A stretch of 42,351 nt of DNA from an uncultured Planctomycetaceae bacterium (GCA_964498115.1 CAZCGF010000003.1:1-42351), one strand, 5' to 3'. Shown: positions 34,449 through 42,351, numbered from the stretch's first letter. Numbers and translations: made by a program. The notes: a model not told the origin generated them from the letters alone.

Positions 34449-35435
34449 CTATTCAATCGTCTGAACCTCGGAACTCCGCGTGATGCCCTTGGCGGGGTCC
34501 GGCGCGGAGTAGCGAGGCCGTGAACTGGACACCAGGCCCCAATATCGCCGGGCGGCGAACTGAACATCTTCATAGTTCCCGCTGCGCAAAGGAGTCCATT
34601 CAACATGAGAATCGAGAAGCATCACCTGCATGCCCCGCGTGCCGTGATTGTCTTCGGAATCCAGATACTGCCAGGCATTGGTGCCTGTATCGTTTCGATT
34701 TGATTGATCGGCCATCAGAATGAAGTCACCGCGATCATCATTGCGCCAGAGCGCGACGTAGAAGTAGCTGCTGTGCGACTTCTTGTAGGTTCGCTCTTCA
34801 GAAGACGACCGCGGCAGGTCCGCAAACTTTTCGATCGCGCGCGTCGGCCAGATGTTGTCCCCGGTCAGTTCTCCATAGTTGCCGGGTGGATTATTCGGAT
34901 AGTTGTTCTTGGTGTCGCTGGGACAGAGCAAAATCCGGGGATCTGGGAGATACTGAGGCCCCGCCGCACTCCCATCCGGCCCGCCGGACTCCTGAGTGTG
35001 CTTGCGTTCGATAATGTCACGAACCAATCCAATAAATCCCGGCCCATATCTCATCGACGTCGAGCCGGCATGCTGCATCCCGGCAAGGTCTTTGACAGGC
35101 GTCCCTGCCCTGCCCTTGGCCGGAAGCCAACTGTCGAAGTCCTGGGCATAGTTCAACATCGCCATGCCGGTCTGCCGCATGCCCGATCCGCACACGGTGC
35201 GTCGACCGATTTCTCTCGAGCGGGACAGTGCAGGAAGTAGTATCGAAATTAGCAGTGCGATGATGGCGATGACGATGAGCAGTTCGATGAGCGTGAAAGC
35301 GGAGGCGTGTCGGGCGGGAGGTGCAAGGCAAAGACGTGTCTGTTTCTGTTTATGTAAAGGTGGCAACTGACGACGATATGTGTCGCCGCGCTGTTGGCAC
35401 CGCCGCTGTTTCGCCTGACAGACGAGCAAGTCCAT
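34449..35435 (-). CDS. DUF1559 / H-X9-DG-type protein with prepilin-type N-terminal methylation motif
   Basis: The prepilin-like hydrophobic helix is AFTLIELLIVIAIIALLISILLPALSRSRE. CGSGMRQTGMAMLNYAQDF is typical of planctomycete DUF1559 proteins. The C-terminal NHGTRGMQVMLLDSHVEW approximates the H-X9-DG motif. The start is uncertain: ATG 35435 gives an unusually long 44-aa leader, and an in-frame TTG lies 23 codons downstream. Confidence 0.85.
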   Translation of the reverse strand: MDLLVCQAKQRRCQQRGDTYRRQLPPLHKQKQTRLCLAPPARHASAFTLIELLIVIAIIALLISILLPALSRSREIGRRTVCGSGMRQTGMAMLNYAQDFDSWLPAKGRAGTPVKDLAGMQHAGSTSMRYGPGFIGLVRDIIERKHTQESGGPDGSAAGPQYLPDPRILLCPSDTKNNYPNNPPGNYGELTGDNIWPTRAIEKFADLPRSSSEERTYKKSHSSYFYVALWRNDDRGDFILMADQSNRNDTGTNAWQYLDSEDNHGTRGMQVMLLDSHVEWTPLRSGNYEDVQFAARRYWGLVSSSRPRYSAPDPAKGITRSSEVQTIE

Positions 35436-35467
35436 GAATAACCTTGTCGGCTCGCAGGTTTCGATTG

Positions 35468-35494
35468 CTTGTAAGTAAAACCTTTTACTACAAG
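35468..35494. promoter_or_regulatory. 27-nt AT-rich imperfect palindrome in the divergent DUF1559/lacI-family intergenic region
   Basis: CTTGTAAGTAAAA-CC-TTTTACTACAAG. The arms are 12-13 nt with a single 1-nt bulge. It lies 33 nt from ATG 35435 and about 150 nt from ATG 35646. Confidence 0.35.
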
Positions 35495-35645
35495 GAGTAT
35501 ATCGGTCGAGCCGCGAAATTCAAGCCACTTTCCCTCCCTTTTCGCCCCATAAGTGACCCATGCGCATATTCAACCATTCCTGTTATCATAGTCACAAGCG
35601 CTGGATCGGGGCTCAAACGGCCTCCACCACGCCATCCGAGCTGCC

Positions 35646-36677
35646 ATGGCGAAACGTAAGACCGTTAGTATCAAGGACGTAGCGAGAGAAAGCGGATCCA
35701 GCCTGACCACGGTCTCGCTTGTCCTCAACAAGCGTGACCGGCGGATCAGCGAGGCCACCCGCGATCGGGTCCTGGCGACCGTCGAGCGACTTGGCTACCG
35801 CCCCAGCCGCCTCGCCCAGGGACTTCAGTCTCAGCGGACAGGCTTCATCGCAATTCTCGTCCCTCAAATTCGCCATGCATTCGCCGATGCCTACTTCGGC
35901 GAAATCATCAGCGCGATTCACGACCACGCGCGATCCGCGGGATACAAAGTACTCCTCGAAGTCGCTGACGACGTTTTTCTCGACTCCAACCAGCACGTCG
36001 AGCTGTTCGATCGTCATTTCGTCGACGGCATTCTCTGTCTCGGTGTCACCAACCGTGACACTTATCTTTCCGTCCTCCGCGAGCGGGCCCGGCCCCTCAT
36101 CGTCGTTAATAACTATCTCGCCGACCAGCCGCTCAACTTCGTCCGCTGCGACTATCACGAGGCCGGCCGACTGGCCTGCAAATACCTGCTTGATCTGGGC
36201 CATAAAAACCTCGCCCTTATTCACGGCGCCGCCGAAGTGCAGACCACTCACGATCTGCGCGCCGGCATGGAGGCCGCCATCAAGAAGGCGGGCCTCAGCC
36301 TTCCGCGCGATCGCGTTCAGGACGGACTCTACACCGAGGAGGGCGGTGCTGCCGCAGCCGTGGCACTCATGGAGCGCGACTCAGCCGTCACCGCCATCGT
36401 CGCCGGAAACGACAAGATGGCCATCGGCGCCATCAGCGGCCTCAAGGACATCGGTCTGCGCGTTCCGGCCGACGTGAGCGTTGTCGGCTGCGACGACATC
36501 CACCAGGCCGCCTTCTGCGACCCGCCGCTGACCACGATCCACACGCCCATCTACGAAATAGGGCGCAGGGCCTGCGAACGGCTGCTGGCCCTGCTCGAAG
36601 GACAGGTCGCGTCCGTGGAGGAGACGCACCCTGTCTCCCTCACCATTCGCAAATCCGCGGCGGCCCCCAGGAAATAG
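35646..36677 (+). CDS. LacI-family transcriptional regulator
   Basis: The N-terminal HTH is VSIKDVARESGSSLTTVSLVLNKRDRRISEATRDRVLATVERLGYRPSRLAQGL. A periplasmic-binding-protein-like sugar-binding core follows (AILVPQIRHAF..., VDGILCLGV, AIVAGNDKMAIGAISGL, VPADVSVVGCDD). Confidence 0.92.
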   Translation: MAKRKTVSIKDVARESGSSLTTVSLVLNKRDRRISEATRDRVLATVERLGYRPSRLAQGLQSQRTGFIAILVPQIRHAFADAYFGEIISAIHDHARSAGYKVLLEVADDVFLDSNQHVELFDRHFVDGILCLGVTNRDTYLSVLRERARPLIVVNNYLADQPLNFVRCDYHEAGRLACKYLLDLGHKNLALIHGAAEVQTTHDLRAGMEAAIKKAGLSLPRDRVQDGLYTEEGGAAAAVALMERDSAVTAIVAGNDKMAIGAISGLKDIGLRVPADVSVVGCDDIHQAAFCDPPLTTIHTPIYEIGRRACERLLALLEGQVASVEETHPVSLTIRKSAAAPRK

Positions 36678-36748
36678 AACTGCGTCGATGCGAGAGGCGT
36701 TCGCCGCACTCTGCGTGGATGCACGGTAAATCGTTTTCGCATACAGTA

Positions 36749-39700
36749 ATGCGCATGACGACCTTACGACCCACCATGTCATTGGCCCGCTCTCCGAGCC
36801 GTCTGTTCCTGATAGTCGCACTTCTCGCGGCGACAACGACGGCTGCCGCCGATGCGCGGGACTTCAAGGTCGTGCGACTCGTCGGCACCTTCAACAACTG
36901 GGCCACCGGTGACAATGACTTTGCACTCAAGCGCCGCGGCCAGTCACTCGAGCTGACGCGATTCTGGGAGTGCGGCAGTTACGGATGCAAATTCGTCTTC
37001 GACGGATCGTGGGATCATCACCTCGGCAGCGCCGGCGACGACCGTCTCGTACAGCCCGGCAGCGACATTCGTCTCACCATCCCGCAGTCCGCGGTCTACC
37101 GAGTTTGGCTCGACGTCGACAAGAAAACCTGGGGCATGGAGCGATCGCTACCCAAAAAGCCGGTCGCATTCTTCCGCGCCGTCGGCGCAGACGTCGGCGC
37201 CGCCCATGTCGTGCTCGATGCGACACTCAGCCAGGCCCCGCGCGGGCGAAAAATCGAATCCTGCGAGTGGAACGTTTCTTCTCGGGATGGACTTGCGCTG
37301 CTGGAGCCGTCCGAGCCGGGCAACAAGAACCATTTGCAACAGACAATCAGGGTCCAGCGCCCCGGCAATTTTGAAGTTTCGCTAAAAGTCAGCGACGGCA
37401 AGCAATCGGCGACAACAAAAAAAGTTGTCCGCCTCGGTCAGGGCTGGTCGGCGGATTTGTCGCCGAAATCCGACACTCAAGATGGCGACATCACCCCGAT
37501 GCTTCCGCTCCACGGCAATCGCTGGGGCACGATCTACCAAAGCGATAAGCCAGGCAACCTGAAGGTCTCGTTCACTCCCGCGACCGCCAAATCGAAGCGA
37601 GCAAAAAGCCCCAGAAAACTCCATTCGAAAGCCGGCACGCAGCTTCTTGTCTACGATCCCGCGCTGAAAAAGTCGGCCCTGACCGATGAAGGCTTCCACG
37701 CGATCAACTTCGACCGCCAGTCCGCCGACGCGTTGCCCCCCGATGTCTATGTCGAGCGCATCGATGTCGTCGGCGATTTCAACAACTGGACCCCGGGGGC
37801 GACGCCGCTTTACGAGTTCTGGACCGACGACCGCGTCTTCGGGCGCATCATCGAGCTACCCGAAGGACGCTATCGTTACAAACTCCTGGTCAACGGTCAT
37901 ATCTGGATGGAAGACCCGGCGGCGGATAAGGGCCTCCGCTCCCCTGACGAAACCGGCGGCTTCAACAGCGGCTTTCGCATCGGCCCCGACGCAGCCCAGT
38001 TCGGCGCGCCAAAGCCCGATCAAATCGCCGCCCGTGCGGTCCACCACGACCCCACGAACAGCGCATACCTTCAGGTGATTGACGAACAACTCATTCGCGT
38101 CGGCTTGCGAACGCTTGCCGACGACGTTGAGTCCGCTGAGATCGCTATCGACGATCGCAAATTGAAAAGCCCGCTGCGCCGCACCTATTCCAGCGACGGC
38201 TTTGATTTCTGGGAGGCGATGTGCTCCGTCGATGGCCGCAGGATCAGCTATGTCTTCAATTTGCACGACGGCCGTGCGAGATCGCTGCTGGACACCCTGG
38301 ATTGCTATAAGATGCCGACCGAGCCGGATGCGGCCATCTCGCTCAAAATCGAACCTTTTGTGGCGGACCTGCGAATGTCCTTCGACACGCCCGACTGGGC
38401 CAAACGCGCCGTCTGGTATCAGATCTTCCCCGAGCGCTTCTGCAACGGCGAGCCGTCCAACGATCCGCCGCGCACCGTCCCCTGGACCCACGACTGGCAC
38501 AAGCCCTACGACGGTTCGAACGCGAAGGATGCCGCCAAGCGCTTCAAGGAGCAGGGCTCGTTCTTCCAATACATCTTCGACCGGCGCTACGGCGGCGATT
38601 TGCAGGGCGTGCGGAACAAGCTCCCCTACCTCCGCGACCTCGGCATCACCGCCATCTACTTCAACCCGATCTTCTCCGCCGCATCGCTCCACAAGTACGA
38701 CGCCGCCGACTATCGCCACATTGACGACGCATTCGGCGTCGCCGGCAGCCTCGATCGCCTCAAGGGCGAAACGACCGACCCGAAAACGTGGCAATGGTCC
38801 GAAAGCGACAAGGTCTTCCTCGACTTCCTCCAGGAAGCGCACCGCCAGGGTTTCAAGGTCATCATCGACGGCGTCTTCAACCACGTCGGCCGCGAGTTCT
38901 GGGCGTTTCAGGATGTCCTCAAGAACGGCAAGAAGTCGCAGTACGCCGACTGGTTCGACATCACCAGTTGGGAGCCTTTCCATTACAAGGCCTGGGACCG
39001 CGACGACGGCGCCCTGCCGCGCCTCAAGCACGATGACGCGCTGGGCCTTTGCAAACCTGTCCGCGACCACCTGTTCGCCGTCACGCGACGATGGATGGAC
39101 CCCAACGGCGACGGCGACCCATCCGACGGCATCGACGGCTGGCGTCTCGACGTGGCCAGCGACATCAACGCCAACTTCTGGCGCGACTGGCGAAAGGTGG
39201 TCAAGACCGCCAACCCCGACGCCTATATCGTCGCCGAACTCTGGGAGGAATCGAAAGTCTGGCTCGACGGCCAGACCTTCGACGCCGTGATGAATTATCC
39301 ATACGCCCGCGCCTGTCAGCGATTCTTCGTCAACAACGAGAAGCGCATCAAGCCGAGCGAGTTCGACCGCCAGCTCCGCGAAGTGCTCGGCTGGTATCTG
39401 CCGCAAGTCAGCTATGTCCTGCAAAACCTCTACGACAGCCACGACACCGATCGCCTCGCGTCGATGCTGATGAACCCGGACCTCGAATACGATCAGGCCA
39501 ATCGCCTCCAGGACAACGGCCCGAACTACAACGAATCAAAGCCGACCGCCGAGGCCTACCAGCGTCAGAAGCTCCTGGTCACGATGCAGATGACCTACCT
39601 CGGCGCACCGATGGTCTACTATGGTGACGAAGTCGGAATGTTCGGCGCCGACGACCCCTCCTGCCGCAAGCCGATGCTCTGGCCCGAATTGATGCCCTAC

Positions 39701-40141
39701 CAAAGCCCCGACGACCGCATCGAAAAAGATCTGCTCGATCACTACCGTCGCCTGATCGCCATCCGCAACACTTACCCCGCCTTTCAGCTCGGCGCCTTCG
39801 ACACGCTCGATTGCAAAGACGATCAGGGCATCTTCGCCTTTGCCCGCTCGCTCGACGGACAAACCGTCGTCGTCGTCTTCAATAACAGCAACCAAAGCCA
39901 CCGCCTCGACGTCTCTTCGCCGTGGCCGGACGGAACAGGCATCGCCCGCCTCGATGATCCCAAAGAGGCCGATCTGATCGACGCTCCGGAAGAAAAAGCC
40001 GCCGGACGACCTTTCGTTCGTCCGAAGAAGCCCGCCCATCCCCACATTCGCGTTGAGGACGGCCGGCTTCGCGGTCTGATGCTCTCGCCGTACACTGCCG
40101 CGGTGCTGGTAAACGCCGACGATTCTCCTGCGTCCCGCTGA
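36749..40141 (+). CDS. secreted multidomain GH13 enzyme (neopullulanase/cyclomaltodextrinase/alpha-amylase-like) with two CBM48-like modules and a PKD-like module
   Basis: Signal peptide MRMTTLRPTMSLARSPSRLFLIVALLAATTTAAADA. CBM48/E-set-like modules are VRLVGTFNNWATGD...GCKFVFDGSW and VDVVGDFNNWTPGA...YRYKLLVNGHIWMEDP. The PKD-like block reads CEWNVSS...FEVSLKVSDGKQSAT. GH13 regions: AIYFNPIFSAASLHKYDAADYRHID, I VIIDGVFNHVG, II GIDGWRLDVASDI, III YIVAELWEE, IV NLYDSHDTDR, plus MVYYGDEVGM. The track ORF opens 10 codons earlier, at 36719. Confidence 0.92.
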   Translation: MRMTTLRPTMSLARSPSRLFLIVALLAATTTAAADARDFKVVRLVGTFNNWATGDNDFALKRRGQSLELTRFWECGSYGCKFVFDGSWDHHLGSAGDDRLVQPGSDIRLTIPQSAVYRVWLDVDKKTWGMERSLPKKPVAFFRAVGADVGAAHVVLDATLSQAPRGRKIESCEWNVSSRDGLALLEPSEPGNKNHLQQTIRVQRPGNFEVSLKVSDGKQSATTKKVVRLGQGWSADLSPKSDTQDGDITPMLPLHGNRWGTIYQSDKPGNLKVSFTPATAKSKRAKSPRKLHSKAGTQLLVYDPALKKSALTDEGFHAINFDRQSADALPPDVYVERIDVVGDFNNWTPGATPLYEFWTDDRVFGRIIELPEGRYRYKLLVNGHIWMEDPAADKGLRSPDETGGFNSGFRIGPDAAQFGAPKPDQIAARAVHHDPTNSAYLQVIDEQLIRVGLRTLADDVESAEIAIDDRKLKSPLRRTYSSDGFDFWEAMCSVDGRRISYVFNLHDGRARSLLDTLDCYKMPTEPDAAISLKIEPFVADLRMSFDTPDWAKRAVWYQIFPERFCNGEPSNDPPRTVPWTHDWHKPYDGSNAKDAAKRFKEQGSFFQYIFDRRYGGDLQGVRNKLPYLRDLGITAIYFNPIFSAASLHKYDAADYRHIDDAFGVAGSLDRLKGETTDPKTWQWSESDKVFLDFLQEAHRQGFKVIIDGVFNHVGREFWAFQDVLKNGKKSQYADWFDITSWEPFHYKAWDRDDGALPRLKHDDALGLCKPVRDHLFAVTRRWMDPNGDGDPSDGIDGWRLDVASDINANFWRDWRKVVKTANPDAYIVAELWEESKVWLDGQTFDAVMNYPYARACQRFFVNNEKRIKPSEFDRQLREVLGWYLPQVSYVLQNLYDSHDTDRLASMLMNPDLEYDQANRLQDNGPNYNESKPTAEAYQRQKLLVTMQMTYLGAPMVYYGDEVGMFGADDPSCRKPMLWPELMPYQSPDDRIEKDLLDHYRRLIAIRNTYPAFQLGAFDTLDCKDDQGIFAFARSLDGQTVVVVFNNSNQSHRLDVSSPWPDGTGIARLDDPKEADLIDAPEEKAAGRPFVRPKKPAHPHIRVEDGRLRGLMLSPYTAAVLVNADDSPASR

Positions 40142-40147
40142 TTTCTC

Positions 40148-42351
40148 ATGCAGAAGCTCGTTCATGGAATCGCTTCCTCCCTGCGGCTCATCGTCGCCGT
40201 CGCGGCGGCCATCGTGCTGATCTTCTCGTTTACCTGGGTCGGGACCCGTTCGCTGCGAAAGGAAAAGCTCCGCGCCGGTCAGGTGCAGTTGACCGTCCTG
40301 CACTGGGGCGAGAAGAACGAAGACGCCATCGTCCAGCAGCTCTGCCGCGACTTCACCTCCCTTCCCGAAAACCAGGGCATACGCATTCTGCGAACCAATC
40401 TCGGCCAGGCGGCGCAGGTCAACACCAAGCTGCAAACCATGTTCGCCGCCGGTGATCCGCCGGACGTCTTCTACCTCGGTTACGAAAAGGCCGCCGACAT
40501 CGCCGTCAAAGACCTCGTCGTCGACCTCGACGAACTCATCGCCCAGGACAAGGCCGCCGGCGTCCCCACCGTCGATCTCGACGACTACTTCCCGTCAGTC
40601 CTTCGCTGTTTCCGCTACGACAAAGAGAACAAGCGCGTCGGCGAAGGAAGGCTCATCGCCCTCGCCAAGGACTTCACCGGCGTCGGCTTCTACTACAACA
40701 AGGACCTGTTCCGCCGCGCCGGCGTGCCGTTTCCCCCCAGCGACGACTGGACCTGGGATGAATTCATCGAGCGCGCCCGCGCGATCGCGAAGCTGCCCGA
40801 TTGCTACGGCGCCGACTTCGTCACCTGGGAGTCGATGGTCCGCATCTTTCTCTGGACGCACGGATACGACTTCACCGACGACAACTGGAAGACCTACAAG
40901 TTCGAAGACCCCGAAGTCATCGCCACACTCGAAAAGCTCCGCGTCTGGTTTCACGAGGAAGATCGGACCCTCGTATCCGCCAAGACACAGCTCGAAACGC
41001 TCCTCGAACCCTTTCTCGCCGGAAACGTCGGCATGGCCGGCCCCTTCGGCCGATGGAAGTGCCCCACCTATCGACTCATCTCCAAGTTCGATTGGGACTT
41101 CGCCCCCCTGCCGCACGCCAAAGGCAAGCCGCCGCGCAACGGCATCTTCACCACCGGCTGGGCCATCGCCAAATCGAGCCCCCACCGCGATGAGGCCTGG
41201 CGCTTCATCAAGTACCTCAACAGCCCTCGCGGACAAGCCCTGATGAGCAGCGGCGGCCTGGCCATTCCCCCGCTCAAGTCCGTCGCATTCTCGCCTTCCT
41301 TCTGCGACCCCGGGCAAAAGCCCGCGAACTGTCAGGCCTTCCTCGCCGCCGCCCAGTATGCCGAGCCCATCGACTGGCCTTCGGAGCCGCGCTACCTGCA
41401 TCAGCTTCGCGTCCGACTGGAGGACGTCTACAAGCTCGGCAAACCCATCGCTCCGCAGCTTGCCCGGGTGTCACACGAGTGGCAGAAGAACGACGAGCTG
41501 CTTCGCCGCGAGTATCCGCCGATGCCCTGGCGCAGCATCTATCTCTGGATCGCCATCCCGGTCATTGTCATCGTCCTGGTCGCCGCCGCGATCTGGTGGA
41601 TTCGTCGCCCGCGCGGTCTGGCCCTCGGCGAAGAACTCGCCGGCAATCTCATGGTCAGCCCGTGGGTGATCGGTTTCATGGCGTTCACCGCGTTCCCGAT
41701 CGTCCTCTCTCTTTTGCTGGCCTTCTCCAAGTGGAGCGGCATGTCCACCCTCGAGCATGCCCACGCCCTGGGCTTCGACAACTTCCGCACGCTCTGGCAG
41801 CTCGACACGTCTTTCCACAAGGCGCTGAAGATCACCCTCTGGTACACCCTACTCGCCGTGCCGACCAGCCAGCTTGCCGCCCTCTTCGCGGCCATGCTCA
41901 TGAACAACGAATTCAAATCCATCGGCGTCCACCGCGCCGTCTGGTATCTGCCCAGCGTCCTCGCCGGCGTCGGCATGGCCGTCATGTGGAAGTGGGTCTT
42001 CAACCACGAACACGGCCTGCTCAAGACCGTCATCGATCCCCTGCTGCCAACCGGCTGGCACACCCCCGCATGGTTCGAGAAAGACGCCGAGACCTGGGGC
42101 GTTCCCGCCTTCGCCATCGTCAATCTCTGGGCCATCGGCGGCACCATGATGATCTACCTCGCCGGGCTCAAAGGCATCCCCAAGGACATGTACGAAGCCG
42201 CCGAGATTGACGGCGCCGTCGGCTGGCGGAAGTTCTTCGCCGTCACCCTGCCGATGCTCAGCCCCGTCATTCTCTTCAACGTCATCATGGCCGTCATCGC
42301 GTCGTTTCAGGTCTTCACCCAGGCCTGGGTCATGACCGCCGGCGGCCCCGG
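40148..42351 (+). CDS. ABC sugar importer component: CUT1-type solute-binding domain fused in frame to a MalF/UgpA-type permease (3' end beyond window)
   Basis: This ORF is not in the supplied track because it has no stop before the window edge. I translated 40148 onward codon by codon (frame of position 40148) and found no stop in 734 codons. The N-terminal TM anchor is LRLIVAVAAAIVLIFSFTWVG. The SBP blocks are LTVLHWGEKNEDAIVQQL..., KLQTMFAAGDPPDVFYLG and GFYYNKDLFRRAGVPFPPSDDWTWDEFIERA. An extra TM helix SIYLWIAIPVIVIVLVAAAIWWI spans 41534-41602. The permease follows: NLMVSPWVIGFMAFTAFPIVLSLLLAFSKW and the EAA loop MYEAAEIDGAVGWRKFFAVTLPMLSP. Confidence 0.85.
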   Translation, partial: MQKLVHGIASSLRLIVAVAAAIVLIFSFTWVGTRSLRKEKLRAGQVQLTVLHWGEKNEDAIVQQLCRDFTSLPENQGIRILRTNLGQAAQVNTKLQTMFAAGDPPDVFYLGYEKAADIAVKDLVVDLDELIAQDKAAGVPTVDLDDYFPSVLRCFRYDKENKRVGEGRLIALAKDFTGVGFYYNKDLFRRAGVPFPPSDDWTWDEFIERARAIAKLPDCYGADFVTWESMVRIFLWTHGYDFTDDNWKTYKFEDPEVIATLEKLRVWFHEEDRTLVSAKTQLETLLEPFLAGNVGMAGPFGRWKCPTYRLISKFDWDFAPLPHAKGKPPRNGIFTTGWAIAKSSPHRDEAWRFIKYLNSPRGQALMSSGGLAIPPLKSVAFSPSFCDPGQKPANCQAFLAAAQYAEPIDWPSEPRYLHQLRVRLEDVYKLGKPIAPQLARVSHEWQKNDELLRREYPPMPWRSIYLWIAIPVIVIVLVAAAIWWIRRPRGLALGEELAGNLMVSPWVIGFMAFTAFPIVLSLLLAFSKWSGMSTLEHAHALGFDNFRTLWQLDTSFHKALKITLWYTLLAVPTSQLAALFAAMLMNNEFKSIGVHRAVWYLPSVLAGVGMAVMWKWVFNHEHGLLKTVIDPLLPTGWHTPAWFEKDAETWGVPAFAIVNLWAIGGTMMIYLAGLKGIPKDMYEAAEIDGAVGWRKFFAVTLPMLSPVILFNVIMAVIASFQVFTQAWVMTAGGP

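Noticed and set aside
35560-36756. 8-mer palindrome ATGCGCAT at 35560-35567 and 36749-36756 as a LacI operator pair
   Set aside because: A third copy lies inside the DsbA-like CDS (8835-8842). The flanks are not symmetric, and about one occurrence is expected by chance in 42 kb.
37856-39442. Long antisense or off-frame ORFs: 37856-39442 -, 38202-39290 +, 14996-15916 -, 28992-30116 +, 32669-33676 +, 6156-6935 +, 2848-3534 -, 35613-36251 -, 10700-11434 -, 20378-21085 -
   Set aside because: Each lies entirely inside a motif-supported gene on the other strand or frame. All are Arg/Gly/Ala/Pro/Asp-rich, as expected from high-GC stop-codon depletion.
40452-41401. Track ORFs 40452-41243 (+, PRST-rich) and 40595-41401 (-)
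   Set aside because: They are out-of-frame and antisense shadows of the real frame starting at 40148, which shows clear SBP motifs. Their composition is typical of wrong-frame high-GC translation.
1-42351. Mobile elements, prophage, CRISPR-Cas, restriction-modification, toxin-antitoxin or other defence systems
   Set aside because: I found no transposase, integrase, recombinase, Cas, methylase or nuclease motifs, no inverted terminal repeats and no spaced repeat arrays. The PIN domain present belongs to a conserved membrane PIN/TRAM (YacL-like) protein, not a VapC-type toxin pair.

Overview
High-GC chromosomal segment (about 60-65% by eye). The gene content points to a Planctomycetota-type genome: a DUF1559/H-X9-DG prepilin-like protein, a PEP-CTERM protein, several dockerin-like C-termini, and a 23S rRNA gene unlinked from 16S. 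This taxonomic call is inference; no search was run. Layout: (i) 1-926, minus strand: the 5' end of a 23S rRNA preceded by tRNA-Ile(GAU), tRNA-Ala(UGC) and a boxA-like element, but no 16S. (ii) 1.5-14.5 kb: housekeeping and envelope genes. These are pyrF, a secreted cyclophilin-FKBP fusion, a DnaJ-type zinc-finger protein, a Tat-signal Fe/Mn SOD, a PIN/TRAM protein, a DsbA-like oxidoreductase with a 19-Gly linker, arfB, manA, a HAMP-GGDEF cyclase and an inositol monophosphatase. (iii) 15.1-19.0 kb: two tandem secreted zinc metalloproteases. (iv) 19.1-22.2 kb: thiolase, pdxA, ribE. (v) 22.4-25.9 kb: a secreted Cys/Lys-rich tandem-repeat protein and a membrane-anchored SGNH-TPR protein. (vi) 26.0-42.35 kb: an apparent alpha-glucan (starch/maltodextrin) utilisation locus. 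It holds a PEP-CTERM protein, a secreted GH13 amylase, a 1386-aa repeat protein with a P-domain, a DUF1559 pseudopilin-like protein, a LacI regulator, a second large GH13 with two CBM48-like modules, and an ABC importer gene. The most noteworthy observations are as follows. First, a long ORF (40148 to the window end) is missing from the supplied ORF track and covalently fuses a sugar-type solute-binding protein to its permease. Second, four secreted proteins share a dockerin-like C-terminal module with no cohesin partner in view. Third, the Cys-rich repeat protein and the giant repeat/P-domain protein have no assignable function. I saw no CRISPR array, transposase, integrase, prophage or recognisable defence system. 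All domain calls come from motif recognition by eye, not from database searches, and the exact starts of several CDSs are uncertain.
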